Assembly: GCA_041686095.1 (NCBI GenBank)
Contig: JAWLEN010000002.1
Location: 8,143 to 72,142, forward strand
DNA length: 64,000 bases
Reading direction: 5' to 3'
Source: Candidatus Aminicenantes bacterium
Lineage (GTDB): Bacteria; Acidobacteriota; Aminicenantia; Aminicenantales; Aminicenantaceae
Shown here: piece after piece, positions 1-9,623 of the stretch
How the letters are laid out: each line of letters starts with the position of its first letter
Numbering within the stretch: the stretch's first letter is position 1
The notes under the pieces: model-generated
What the model saw: only the letters and a program-made list of their open reading frames with translations
Databases searched by the model: none
What the model was told of the DNA's origin: nothing
Position numbers and translations under genes: made by a program

Positions 1-317
1 ATGGATTCTCCCTCCACGTAGAGGAGGACTTGACCCCATCGGCATCTAAAGGTCTCTTGTTTCCCGGGATTGTTTTTGTCAATAGGAGGATGCTGGTGTT
101 CTGGAAAAAGCTGCCATGGAAGGAGGATGATTTCCTTAGCACAGTACCGGTCTGTATTGATATAAGTCACAGCCTGGAGTCCAAGATTTTTAATATCATC
201 AAAACCGCAGTCAGCCACTTCCATGTTTTTTCTTTCTTGTTCTGTTAAAACAATATGAGCTTTTTTGAGTATTTGATAGGCTTCTTCTCTAATTTTTTTG
301 ATTTTTTCTTTTTTCAT
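1..317 (-). CDS. D-lyxose/D-mannose-type cupin sugar isomerase, N-terminal 105 codons (gene runs off the window start)
   Basis: Own minus-strand translation from ATG 317-315: MKKEKIKKIREEAYQILKKAHIVLTEQERKNMEVADCGFDDIKNLGLQAVTYINTDRYCAKEIILLPWQLFPEHQHPPIDKNNPGKQETFRCRWGQVLLYVEGES, open to position 1. Cupin-type PEHxH motif. ATG overlaps the TGA of the upstream kinase (ATGA). Absent from the ORF track because truncated; the 30..248 + ORF is its antisense shadow. Confidence 0.6.
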   Translation of the reverse strand, partial: MKKEKIKKIREEAYQILKKAHIVLTEQERKNMEVADCGFDDIKNLGLQAVTYINTDRYCAKEIILLPWQLFPEHQHPPIDKNNPGKQETFRCRWGQVLLYVEGES

Positions 318-1288
318 TGGATCCTCCTTTTCATGTCCAAGAGCTCTTTTTTCTTCACGGGCTGGATTCCTTCTCTATAAAACTGCATGGTGCCTGCTAA
401 AACAGATAACTCCACAACCTCAGATATATCTTTTCCGTCAGCAAGCCCTGAGGCAGCTAAAGCTGAAACTTGGTCCCCACATCCTGTCTCATCAGGGACT
501 CCTGTATCAAGAAGTTTGGGGCAGGGGATATGAAAGGATTGTTGTTTATTGAAAAAGTAAGCGCCCTTATCCCCATGGGTGATGAGCACATTTTGAATTC
601 CTTTGGATATAAACATATCCGCGGCTTTAGAAGCTGAATCAAAGTCATTTACTTTAATTCCTGTCATGATACGGGCTTCGTGTTCATTGGGTTTGATAAG
701 AAAAATTTTTTCAGAAAGAAGATCCTCGGAAGGATTTTGGATTCCTCCGGGGTCCAGAACTACTTTTATGCCTGAATCATAGGCTTTTTCTATAGAATAA
801 AACACTGTTTCTATGGGTATTTCAAGCGCCAACAGCATGACCTTGTTTTTGGTTTTATTTAAAAAAAGGTCTTGAGCTTCTTTGATATCTCTGGGAGTGA
901 AGTCAGCGTTAGCTCCTGGAAGAACATAAATCTGGTTTTCCCCCTTTTTATTCACCGGGATGAGGGCAACACCTGGGAATTTTTGTCCTGATTCTTCAAA
1001 ACTCAGGACTTTGACATAGGTGGTATCTACTCCTGCTTTTCGAAGGCTGTTTAAAGGGATTTTCCACAGGCCGTAAGGGTCCTGGCTGGTTTTTCCGATC
1101 ATAGCGACTTTTCCTTTTCCCAGGTAGGAAGCAGCCATTTGGGCCATGTTTCGTGCTTTTCCTCCGGGTCCGATTTTAAGTCTTCCCCCTAAAGTGAGCT
1201 CTCCTTGTCCAATGATTTTTTTAACCCCCAAGCCGATTATGTCTGTGTTGAGTCCGCCAGGAACAATAATGAGATGGTGTTCGGTCAT
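314..1288 (-). CDS. PfkB-family carbohydrate kinase (ribokinase-like)
   Basis: 324 aa. N-terminal VPGGLNTDIIG, GGKARNMA and C-terminal DETGCGDQVSALAASG resemble the PfkB signatures (DTxGAGD type). Translationally coupled to the downstream isomerase. Confidence 0.85.
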   Translation of the reverse strand: MTEHHLIIVPGGLNTDIIGLGVKKIIGQGELTLGGRLKIGPGGKARNMAQMAASYLGKGKVAMIGKTSQDPYGLWKIPLNSLRKAGVDTTYVKVLSFEESGQKFPGVALIPVNKKGENQIYVLPGANADFTPRDIKEAQDLFLNKTKNKVMLLALEIPIETVFYSIEKAYDSGIKVVLDPGGIQNPSEDLLSEKIFLIKPNEHEARIMTGIKVNDFDSASKAADMFISKGIQNVLITHGDKGAYFFNKQQSFHIPCPKLLDTGVPDETGCGDQVSALAASGLADGKDISEVVELSVLAGTMQFYREGIQPVKKKELLDMKRRIQ

Positions 1289-1447
1289 TACCTTTAATTA
1301 TCCGCTTGACTGTCCCTGTTGTCAATAAATCTGACAACGGTGAGAAAAACCGGTGAATAAAACAGTGACGTCATACTTGTTTACTTGTTTTTTAATACCA
1401 TATTCCGCAGTTTTAGTGAAAATCTATTTTCATCGTACTATGATACA

Positions 1448-1475
1448 TTGACAGGATGGATTTTGTTCCTATATT
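1448..1475 (+). promoter_or_regulatory. sigma70-like promoter candidate for the YHS-LDH gene
   Basis: TTGACA (1448-1453), 16 nt, TATATT (1470-1475), about 60 nt upstream of ATG 1534. Sequence match only. Confidence 0.4.
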
Positions 1476-1533
1476 CTTAAGTATAGAATTAATAAAGAGG
1501 GACATTATTTAGCAATAAGGAAGGCGCATTGAA

Positions 1534-2631
1534 ATGACAAAAGATCCAGTATGTGGAATGAAAATTGATGAGGAACACAATAAACATAAAGCCCACTATA
1601 AAGGCAAAACTTATTATTTTTGCACACCGAGATGCAAGAATGCCTTTAATAAGAGTCCTGAGAAATATTTGGCAGCTAAGGGGAACAGCTCACTAAGAGA
1701 GAGAAAGGTAGTCATAGTGGGAACGGGAAAAGTAGGCTCTACGTTTGCTTTTAGCTTGATGATCAGTGGTCTGGCAAACAATATAGTCCTGATAGACCGC
1801 AATAAGGAAACAGCTGATGGACACGCAAAAGATTTAAATCATGGTCTTTCTTTTGTCTCCCCTTCAAAAATAAAGGTGGGAGATTATCAGGACTGTCAGG
1901 ATGCAGATATGGTGGTAATCACAGCAGGCGCAGCCCAGAAACCCGGGGAAACAAGAATAGATTTGGTTCGTAAAAATACAGAAATATTCAAAGATTTGAT
2001 TCCACGGATAGTTCAACACAATCCCAGGATCTTGCTCATTGTCTCTAATCCGGTGGATATTTTGACTTATGTGGCTTTACAGATCTCTGAATATCCCATG
2101 AATAGAGTATTTGGCTCCGGAACCATGCTGGATACAGCCCGGTTCAAATCCCTTTTGGGGGAACACTGCAAAGTAGATTCCAGAGATATAAATGCCTATA
2201 TAATCGGAGAACATGGGGACAGTGAAGTACCGGTTTGGAGCATGGTCACTATAGGAGGAATTCCTCTGAACCAATTTTGCTCCCAGTGTCAAAAGCAATG
2301 CTCGGAAAAAGATAAAAAAGACATATTCGAACAGGTGAAAAACGCAGCTTATGAAATCATCGATAAAAAAGGAGCCACTTATTATGCTATATCGTTAGCT
2401 CTGGTCAATATTGTAGGCAGTATTCTAAGAAACGAAAATCATGTCAGCACCGTATCAACACTTCTGGATGATTATTATGGAATCAATGACGTGTGTTTGA
2501 GCATTCCGGTCATTATTAATAATAAAGGGATTTCTGAAGTTGTAAAAATTGAACTCAACAAAAAAGAAGAAAGAGAATTCAAGGCATCTGCAGATATTTT
2601 AAAGCAGATAATCAGTGAAATTGATATTTGA
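1534..2631 (+). CDS. ldh: YHS (TRASH-type metal-binding) domain fused to L-lactate dehydrogenase
   Basis: N-terminus DPVCGMKIDEEHNKHKAHYKGKTYYFCTPRCKNAFNKSPEKY matches the YHS pattern. The rest is LDH: Rossmann VVIVGTGKVGST, substrate loop AGAAQKPGETR (Gln at the LDH/MDH discriminating position), DTARF, catalytic GEHGDSEVPVWS. RBS AAGGAAGG upstream. Confidence 0.85.
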   Translation: MTKDPVCGMKIDEEHNKHKAHYKGKTYYFCTPRCKNAFNKSPEKYLAAKGNSSLRERKVVIVGTGKVGSTFAFSLMISGLANNIVLIDRNKETADGHAKDLNHGLSFVSPSKIKVGDYQDCQDADMVVITAGAAQKPGETRIDLVRKNTEIFKDLIPRIVQHNPRILLIVSNPVDILTYVALQISEYPMNRVFGSGTMLDTARFKSLLGEHCKVDSRDINAYIIGEHGDSEVPVWSMVTIGGIPLNQFCSQCQKQCSEKDKKDIFEQVKNAAYEIIDKKGATYYAISLALVNIVGSILRNENHVSTVSTLLDDYYGINDVCLSIPVIINNKGISEVVKIELNKKEEREFKASADILKQIISEIDI

Positions 2632-2788
2632 ATAAATGCTAGTCCAGGAAAAAATATCCTGACTGGACGGCTTGTTGGCTGTATTTATCATGGATTTTTG
2701 GGAAAATCTGAGAACAGAGAAGAAAGAGTTGGAGAGATAATCAGTTGGTTATAAAAATATAGAAAATATTAAAAGGAGGTTTAAGGAA

Positions 2789-3010
2789 ATGATGTGGGGT
2801 GACCATTGGGTGTTTGGTGGATTCATGTGGATTTTTTGGGTCGCTGTGCTGGTTGGGTTGGTCTTTCTTATCAAGTATCTTGTCCAACAAAGCAGCAAAG
2901 GTGAACCAAGAGTTAAAGAGGATGCTTTGGAAATATTAAAAAAGAGATATGCTAAAGGAGAAATAGATAAAGAGGAGTTTGAACAAAAGAAGAAGGATCT
3001 ACTTTCCTGA
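2789..3010 (+). CDS. small membrane protein with C-terminal SHOCT domain
   Basis: 73 aa. One hydrophobic helix (FMWIFWVAVLVGLVFLI), then ILKKRYAKGEIDKEEFEQKKKDLLS, the typical SHOCT motif. RBS AAAGGAGG upstream. Confidence 0.6.
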   Translation: MMWGDHWVFGGFMWIFWVAVLVGLVFLIKYLVQQSSKGEPRVKEDALEILKKRYAKGEIDKEEFEQKKKDLLS

Positions 3011-3051
3011 TTTGTTTTTTATACTAATCACATACCAAAAAGCCCTTGAAT

Positions 3052-3074
3052 ACTATAGGGGGGTATGCTATAGT
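3052..3074 (+). promoter_or_regulatory. candidate CsoR operator overlapping the csoR promoter
   Basis: Perfect 7-bp inverted repeat ACTATAG (3052-3058) / CTATAGT (3068-3074) around GGGGGTATG. It lies in the spacer and -10 of TTGAAT (3046-3051)-17-TATAGT (3069-3074). A G-tract with GTAT flanked by AT-rich inverted arms resembles described CsoR boxes. Caveat: the predicted start would leave a very short leader before RBS GGAG 3081. Confidence 0.4.
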
Positions 3075-3090
3075 GGGAAAGGAGATAAAA

Positions 3091-3375
3091 ATGAAAGACC
3101 AAAAAACAACACATGAACAAGAATTGGTTCGGCTGAGAAGAATTGAAGGGCAGATTAAGGGAGTTCAGAGGATGATTGAACAGAAAAGATACTGTGTGGA
3201 TATACTGACACAGCTCAATTCAATCGTGGGAGCCATAAAGAGCGTTGAGGAAAATATCCTGGAAAGACATCTTAAGGGTTGTGTTCGTCAGTCTTTCACA
3301 AAGGGAAATAATGAAGACAAGGCAAGAAAAATAGGAGAGGTTATTGAGGTGTTGAAAAAGTTTAGGAGGTACTGA
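3091..3375 (+). CDS. csoR: CsoR-family Cu(I)-sensing transcriptional repressor
   Basis: LVRLRRIEGQIKGVQRMIEQKRYCVDILTQLNSIVGAIKSVEENILERHLKGCV carries the C-H-C ligand pattern (RYC..., H-x4-C). I prefer ATG 3091 (RBS GGAG 7 nt upstream) to the track start at 3046, which overlaps the operator. Confidence 0.8.
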   Translation: MKDQKTTHEQELVRLRRIEGQIKGVQRMIEQKRYCVDILTQLNSIVGAIKSVEENILERHLKGCVRQSFTKGNNEDKARKIGEVIEVLKKFRRY

Positions 3376-3436
3376 GGTGGAAAGGTGTTTAAACAGGGGG
3401 AATATAAGAAAAGGAAAAAAAATTTTACAATGAATC

Positions 3437-3464
3437 TTGACAAAATCGATAGGCACTATATATA
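3437..3464 (+). promoter_or_regulatory. sigma70-like promoter candidate for cusCBA
   Basis: TTGACA (3437-3442), 16 nt, TATATA (3459-3464), about 100 nt upstream of cusC. A small ATAG-GCA-CTAT palindrome overlaps the spacer and shares ACTATA with the csoR box. Weak evidence. Confidence 0.35.
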
Positions 3465-3561
3465 TTCTAGATATACTGAGTTTCGGTGCGGCAAGAGAAA
3501 TAATGGAACAAAGTATTAAATAGGAAATCATGTAGATAAATTAGGAATAAAAGGAAAAAAA

Positions 3562-4869
3562 ATGAAAAAATGTTTGATATGGGTTTTTATAGTTCTTTTA
3601 ACTTTTAGTGGATATCTTTTATCATCTCCGAATGATTTTGTTAATCAGAGCAATTTGTTGAAAGAATGGATCCAAGAAGCATTGGAGAACAATCCTAGGT
3701 TGGAAGCTGCTCATCAACGTGTGCTTTCCACTGAAAAAGTCATTCCTCAAGCCGGTGCTCTCCCTGATCCGCAGCTTAGTTTTGGCCTGTCCAATCTTCC
3801 AGTCAACAGTTTTTCTTTTAATCAAGATCCCATGACAGGCAAGGTGATCGGAATCATGCAGATGTTCCCTTTTCCAGGAAAACTGTCTCTTTCCACAGAT
3901 ATTGCCGAATATGAGGCTGCTGCTGTGAAATATCAGAAAGAAGAGATCCGGAATCAAGTCATTCAAATGGTCAAAAATGCTTATTTTGACTTATATGCTG
4001 TTGATCGAGCCATTGAGACAACTGAAAAAAACAAGGCGTTGATGAAACAGTTTATCCATATGGCAGAAACCAAATACAAGACCGGTTCCGGGCTTCAGCA
4101 GGATGTTCTTCGTGCCCAGGTTGAAATCTCCAAACTGGAAGATGAATTCATCATGTGGAAGCAAAAAAGAATCTCGGTCACTGCTCGGTTGAACGCACTG
4201 TTGAATAGACCCGTTTATACCCGGATTGAAAAGACCTCTCTGGGATTGCTGATCCCGGATGGTCCACAAAAAAGATTTTCTGCTGAAGAAATCGAAAAAA
4301 ACAGGCCGCTGTTAAAGGCCTGGCATCAAAAGATTCAAAAGGCAGAGACAGAAGTTGAACTCGCAGAACGTGATGTTTTGCCTGATTTTATGGTCGGAGC
4401 CAGCTACCGACAGCGCAGTGACCTCGCTGACATGAGGCAGATGACTGATTTTTTTTCAGCCACACTGTCAGTGGATATTCCGCTCTATATGAACCGCAAA
4501 CAAAAGGCAAAAGTAGCAGAAGGAGAGATGGCCTTTAAAGCAGTCAAATCAGAGTATGAAAATATAAAAATCAATGTCTTATCTGAGATAGAAAGCATTC
4601 TGGCTGAGCTGGAGAGAAACCGGAAAAGAGTTGAACTTTATAAAGGAGGATTGCTCATCCAGGCTCAGCAGTCACTTGAGTCAGCTCAGGCAGGTTACAA
4701 AGTGGGAAAAGTTGATTTTTTAACCCTTATCAACAATCGAATGTTGCTTCAGAATTATGAACTGCAGTATTTCTTTGCCGTATCCGATTTTCATAAAAGT
4801 CTGGCAGAATACGAACTGGCTGTGGGCAGAGATGTCATGCAGGCGACAGAATCAAAAGAACCAAATTAA
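3562..4869 (+). CDS. cusC: TolC-family outer-membrane efflux protein (CusC-like)
   Basis: 435 aa with a signal peptide and two OEP-type repeat halves (LKEWIQEALENNPRLEAA..., LLKAWHQKIQKAETEVELAERD...). First gene of a three-gene RND set. Confidence 0.8.
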   Translation: MKKCLIWVFIVLLTFSGYLLSSPNDFVNQSNLLKEWIQEALENNPRLEAAHQRVLSTEKVIPQAGALPDPQLSFGLSNLPVNSFSFNQDPMTGKVIGIMQMFPFPGKLSLSTDIAEYEAAAVKYQKEEIRNQVIQMVKNAYFDLYAVDRAIETTEKNKALMKQFIHMAETKYKTGSGLQQDVLRAQVEISKLEDEFIMWKQKRISVTARLNALLNRPVYTRIEKTSLGLLIPDGPQKRFSAEEIEKNRPLLKAWHQKIQKAETEVELAERDVLPDFMVGASYRQRSDLADMRQMTDFFSATLSVDIPLYMNRKQKAKVAEGEMAFKAVKSEYENIKINVLSEIESILAELERNRKRVELYKGGLLIQAQQSLESAQAGYKVGKVDFLTLINNRMLLQNYELQYFFAVSDFHKSLAEYELAVGRDVMQATESKEPN

Positions 4870-4898
4870 GAAAAGATAATGAGTCACAGGAGAAGAAA

Positions 4899-6353
4899 AT
4901 GAAAGCAAAATTAATCATAATCCTTGTTGTTGGGATTTTCATAGGAGCGACAGCCACTTATTTCATCATCCCGGGTTTGAGGACTTCGGAAAAAATGCCT
5001 GCAGAGGATGTCGAACAGCTCTATTCATCCAAACAAGGCAAGATCCTTTACTGGCGTGCACCAATGGATCCCACAGAAATCTATGATAAGCCGGGAAAAT
5101 CCAAGATGGGTATGGACTTGGTTCCTGTTTATGAAGGTGAAGAGGCAGATGGAGCTGGCAGCATAATCATCGATGGTGTTTTGCAGCAGAATATGAATCT
5201 GCGTGTAGCCAAAGTGGAGCGCCGGGATATCTTTAATGTTATCAGAGCTTACGGTAAGGTGAGTTATGCTGAAGACAGAGAATCGACAGTCCACACCAAA
5301 ATCAGCGGATGGGTCGAGAAATTATACGTGAACAAAACAGGGCAAAAGGTCCAAAAAGGTCAGCCTTTGCTGGAGATCTACTCTCCTGAATTGGTATCCA
5401 CCCAGGAAGAGTACTTATTAGCATTGAAGAATCACCAAAAGTTATCTTCAAGCCCTTATGAAAGTGTGAAAAACAGTGCAGAAAAAATGCTCCTCCTGGC
5501 TAGAGGACGTCTGGAGTACTGGGACATACCTGAATCAGAAATCACAAGAATAAAAGAATCCGGTCAGGCACACCGAACCATTCTTCTGAGGTCTCAAATG
5601 ACAGGAGTTGTCACTCACAAAGCGGTTGTAGAAGGAGACAAAATAAGCCCTGGTATGGATCTTTTCCATATTGCCAACCTGGATAAGATCTGGGTTGAAG
5701 CCTCGGTCTATGAATCAGAGCTTGCTCTTGTTAAAGTCGGACTAAAGGCTGAACTTGCATTGGATCACATCCAGATGGAAAAACGGATAGGAAAGGTTGA
5801 TTTCATCTATCCCTATCTTGATCAGAAGTCAAAGGCCAATACAGTCAGATTGGTGTTTGACAATCATGACCATGTCCTCAAACCGGACATGTATGCCACA
5901 GTCCGGATCTTCAGTCATACAGCAAAAGATGCCCTGGCTGTTCCTTCTGAAGCGGTTATTCATTCCGGAAAGCGTCAAATTGTTTTTGTGAGCCAGGGTG
6001 ATGGAAAGTATGAACCGAGAGAGATAAAAGTCGGGGTTGAATCCGGGGACGGTTATGTCCAGGTTGTCTCTGGTTTGTTTGGTCATGAGGAAGTTGTGGT
6101 TTCTGGACAATTTATGCTGGATTCAGAAAGCAGGACCCGCGAAGCCATCGCCAAGATGCGGGAAACCCGGGCACAAAAAGCAGAGGAAGCAGTTGTGAAA
6201 GAACGGAAAAAAGAGCCCGAGGACCACCAGCATGAAAAATCTGAGATGGATGCGGATCAGCTGTATACATGCCCCATGCATCCTGATTTTCTGACCACAG
6301 ATAAAGACGCCCGTTGTCCGGAATGCGGCATGAAGCTCGAAAAGGTAAAGTGA
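4899..6353 (+). CDS. cusB: RND efflux periplasmic adaptor, CusB-type, with C-terminal Cys-rich metal-binding motif
   Basis: N-terminal KILYWRAPMDPTEIYDKPGKSKMGMDLVPVY resembles the CusB motif (YWYDPM...FDKPGKSPFMDMDLVP). HlyD-like core follows. C-terminal YTCPMHPDFLTTDKDARCPECGMKLEKV is a heavy-metal-binding zinc-ribbon-like motif. Confidence 0.8.
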   Translation: MKAKLIIILVVGIFIGATATYFIIPGLRTSEKMPAEDVEQLYSSKQGKILYWRAPMDPTEIYDKPGKSKMGMDLVPVYEGEEADGAGSIIIDGVLQQNMNLRVAKVERRDIFNVIRAYGKVSYAEDRESTVHTKISGWVEKLYVNKTGQKVQKGQPLLEIYSPELVSTQEEYLLALKNHQKLSSSPYESVKNSAEKMLLLARGRLEYWDIPESEITRIKESGQAHRTILLRSQMTGVVTHKAVVEGDKISPGMDLFHIANLDKIWVEASVYESELALVKVGLKAELALDHIQMEKRIGKVDFIYPYLDQKSKANTVRLVFDNHDHVLKPDMYATVRIFSHTAKDALAVPSEAVIHSGKRQIVFVSQGDGKYEPREIKVGVESGDGYVQVVSGLFGHEEVVVSGQFMLDSESRTREAIAKMRETRAQKAEEAVVKERKKEPEDHQHEKSEMDADQLYTCPMHPDFLTTDKDARCPECGMKLEKVK

Positions 6354-6354
6354 C

Positions 6355-9300
6355 ATGTTGGAAAAAATCATTGAATGGTCTGTGAACAATCGGTTTTTAG
6401 TCACCATTGGGATCATCGCCTTGATCATTGCTGGAGTGGTGTCTATTCAGACAACTCCAGTGGATGCCATACCTGACCTCAGTGATGTCCAGGTGATCAT
6501 TCTTACTGAATATCCGGGTCAGGGACCTAATGTGGTTGAAGACCAGGTGACTTATCCTTTAACCACAGCCATGCTGTCTGTCCCTTACGCCACTGTCGTC
6601 AGAGGGTATTCTTTTTTTGGCTTTTCACTTGTGTACATCCTTTTTAAAGATGGGACTGACCTTTACTGGGCACGGAGCCGTGTTCTGGAGTATTTAAATT
6701 TTGCAGGAAGTCGTCTTCCTCAGGGAGTGACTCCTCAGTTGGGACCGGATGCCACAGGTGTGGGATGGGTGTATGAATATGTCCTGGACGGGGGAGACAA
6801 ATATGACCTCCAGCAGTTGAGATCGATCCAGGATTGGTATTTGCGGTATGAGCTGGCTAGTGTTCCCGGGGTCAGTGAAGTGGCCAGTATTGGGGGTTTT
6901 GTCAAACAGTATCAGGTCGAGGTCGATCCTGTTAAACTGCTGGCTTATAACATCCCTCTACAGAAAGTGAGGACCGCCATAAAGCGAAGCAACAACGATG
7001 TGGGAGGCCGGTTGATCGAAATGGGGGAGACTGAGTTTATGGTCAGAGGATTAGGATACATAAGGAACATTGATGACTTAAGGCAGGTTCCTGTAGGAAT
7101 GGGGCCGAACAATGCCCCTGTTTTTCTTAAGGATATTGCTCGCATCCATCTCGGACCAGAGCTTCGGCGCGGGATTGCAGATTGGAATGGACAAGGGGAG
7201 ACTGTGGGAGGAATTGTGGTGATGCGTTTTGGTGAAAACGCGCTCAAAGTCATTGACGGAGTGAAGAAAAAGCTGGGGGAACTGGAAAAAGGATTACCTG
7301 AGGGCGTGACAGTGAAAACAGCCTATGACCGTTCTTCTTTGATAAAGCGCGCCATTTCCACATTGAGAGAGAAACTGTTCGAAGAAGCCATTGTGGTGGC
7401 TTTGATCATCATTATTTTTCTCTTTCACTTGAGGAGCTCCTTTGTGGCTGTGTTTACGCTTCCTTTGGGAGTTCTGGTCGCGTTCACAGTGATGAGGGCC
7501 CAGGGTCTTAATGCCAATATCATGTCTTTAGGAGGCATTGCTATTGCCATTGGAGCCATGGTGGATGCCGTGGTGGTGATGATCGAGAATGCCCATAAGC
7601 ATATGGAAAAAGAACCTTATAAAAAGGGGAAAGACAGATGGGAGCTCATCATCAAAGCCTCAAAAGAAGTTGGTCCGGCTTTGTTTTATTCCCTGCTCAT
7701 TATAACTATCTCGTTTATCCCTGTTTTTACGCTGCAGCAGCAGGAAGGAAGGCTCTTCCGACCTCTGGCCTTCACAAAAACCTATGCTATGGCAGCCTCT
7801 GCTTTTCTGGCTATTACAGTGGTCCCTGTTTTAATGGGTTTTTTTATTCGTGGAAAGATTAAGCCGGAGAATAAACACCCTCTCAGCCGGATTCTCATCT
7901 ATGCCTATCGTCCGGTCATCCAATTCATCCTCAAACACAAAACAGCAACCATCATTGTCGCATTATTGGTTGTTGTGATCACAATGTTTCCTCTTTCCCG
8001 TCTCGGTTCCGAGTTCATGCCCCCGCTCAATGAAGGAGACCTTCTTTACATGCCCACCACGTTGCCGGGAATTTCAGTCACCAAAGCCAAGGAGCTTCTT
8101 CAGCAGACCGACAAAATCATTGCCGGTTTTCCTGAAGTGGAGTCTGTGTTTGGAAAAATCGGGAGGGCAGAGACAGCCACAGACCCGGCTCCTTTGACCA
8201 TGATTGAAACCACCATCATGCTCAAAGACAAAAAAGACTGGCGGCCCGGGATGAGCATCGAAAAACTCACTGAAGAATTGGACCAAGCAGTCCAGTTTCC
8301 TGGTTTGACCAATGCCTGGACAATGCCCATTAAAACCAGAATTGATATGCTCAGCACAGGAATCAAGACTCCTGTGGGAATCAAGCTGATGGGGCCCGAC
8401 CTGCAGACCCTCAGTGATTTGGGAGAACAGATAGAAGCGGTCATACGTCAGGTTCCGGGCACAGGAAGTGTGATTTCAGAACGAGTCACAGGAGGAAATT
8501 ATATAGACTTTGTGATCCATAGAGAAGCTGCAGCCCGTTACGGATTAACAGTCGGAGATGTCCAAGACATCATCATGTCAGCAGTGGGTGGGATGAATGT
8601 CACCACCACTGTGGAAGGGTTGGAGCGGTATCCAGTGAATGTTCGGTACAGCCGGGAACTGCGTGATGATTTGCCTTCCTTAAAACGTGTTCTGATTCCA
8701 ACACCATCAGGTACTCAAATTCCTCTGGGACAAGTGGCAGATATCCAGATCAATAAGGGACCTGCAGTCATCAAGAGCGAAAATGCCAGAAGAACAGCCT
8801 GGCTTTATGTGGATCTTAAGGATATTGATGTGGGCTCTTATGTGAAGAGAGCCAAAAGGATTGTTGATACAACGATTGAGTTTCCTTCAGGCTACAGCAT
8901 TGTTTGGAGCGGGCAGTATGAATATATGCAGCGTGCACAGAAAAGACTGCAAATGGTTGTCCCAGTGACTCTGCTTATTATTTTCATGTTGTTGTATTTA
9001 AATTTCAGAAACGTCACAGAAAGTCTGATCATCATGCTGTCTCTCCCTTTTGCTCTGGTCGGTGGAATCTGGCTGATATGGATGAGTGGTTATAACATGA
9101 GTGTGGCGGTGGGAGTCGGATTTATTGCACTAGCTGGAGTGGCGGCAGAAACAGGAGTGGTGATGCTTCTTTATGTTGATAATGCTTATAAGGACCGCCT
9201 TATGCGTGGAAAGATGAATTCACGAAAAGATCTTCATGAAGCCATTGTTCATGGAGCTGTGGAAAGAGTTCGCCCCAAGCTCATGACAGTGACCACCACC

Positions 9301-9465
9301 ATTATGGCGCTGCTGCCCATTATGTGGGGTCATGGGACAGGTTCCCAGGTGATGAAGCGGATTGCCGCTCCTATGGTTGGTGGACTGATAACCTCAACCG
9401 TTCTCACTCTTATGGTTATTCCGGCGATTTATTATGTCTGGCGGGGACAGAAACTGTCAAAATAA
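6355..9465 (+). CDS. cusA: CusA/CzcA-family heavy-metal efflux RND permease
   Basis: 1036 aa, 12-TM RND architecture, typical HME N-terminus MLEKIIEWSVNNRFLV. Starts 1 nt after cusB. Confidence 0.85.
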   Translation: MLEKIIEWSVNNRFLVTIGIIALIIAGVVSIQTTPVDAIPDLSDVQVIILTEYPGQGPNVVEDQVTYPLTTAMLSVPYATVVRGYSFFGFSLVYILFKDGTDLYWARSRVLEYLNFAGSRLPQGVTPQLGPDATGVGWVYEYVLDGGDKYDLQQLRSIQDWYLRYELASVPGVSEVASIGGFVKQYQVEVDPVKLLAYNIPLQKVRTAIKRSNNDVGGRLIEMGETEFMVRGLGYIRNIDDLRQVPVGMGPNNAPVFLKDIARIHLGPELRRGIADWNGQGETVGGIVVMRFGENALKVIDGVKKKLGELEKGLPEGVTVKTAYDRSSLIKRAISTLREKLFEEAIVVALIIIIFLFHLRSSFVAVFTLPLGVLVAFTVMRAQGLNANIMSLGGIAIAIGAMVDAVVVMIENAHKHMEKEPYKKGKDRWELIIKASKEVGPALFYSLLIITISFIPVFTLQQQEGRLFRPLAFTKTYAMAASAFLAITVVPVLMGFFIRGKIKPENKHPLSRILIYAYRPVIQFILKHKTATIIVALLVVVITMFPLSRLGSEFMPPLNEGDLLYMPTTLPGISVTKAKELLQQTDKIIAGFPEVESVFGKIGRAETATDPAPLTMIETTIMLKDKKDWRPGMSIEKLTEELDQAVQFPGLTNAWTMPIKTRIDMLSTGIKTPVGIKLMGPDLQTLSDLGEQIEAVIRQVPGTGSVISERVTGGNYIDFVIHREAAARYGLTVGDVQDIIMSAVGGMNVTTTVEGLERYPVNVRYSRELRDDLPSLKRVLIPTPSGTQIPLGQVADIQINKGPAVIKSENARRTAWLYVDLKDIDVGSYVKRAKRIVDTTIEFPSGYSIVWSGQYEYMQRAQKRLQMVVPVTLLIIFMLLYLNFRNVTESLIIMLSLPFALVGGIWLIWMSGYNMSVAVGVGFIALAGVAAETGVVMLLYVDNAYKDRLMRGKMNSRKDLHEAIVHGAVERVRPKLMTVTTTIMALLPIMWGHGTGSQVMKRIAAPMVGGLITSTVLTLMVIPAIYYVWRGQKLSK

Positions 9466-9623
9466 ACAAATAGCCGACTTGAACTTTTGCGATTGTGCCT
9501 CGGGATAGTGTATAATCTCCGCAAGCAAACATTGAAACCAATGGAAGCAGGAGACTGTATGAAATGTTCTAATAAGGCAGCTGATACCCTCAGCATGACA
9601 TAATAAAAAACACGAGGCAGACG

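Noticed and set aside
30-248. 72-aa plus-strand ORF at the window start
   Set aside because: It lies antisense to a much better supported, uninterrupted cupin sugar-isomerase reading frame (1-317, minus) that is translationally coupled to the PfkB kinase.
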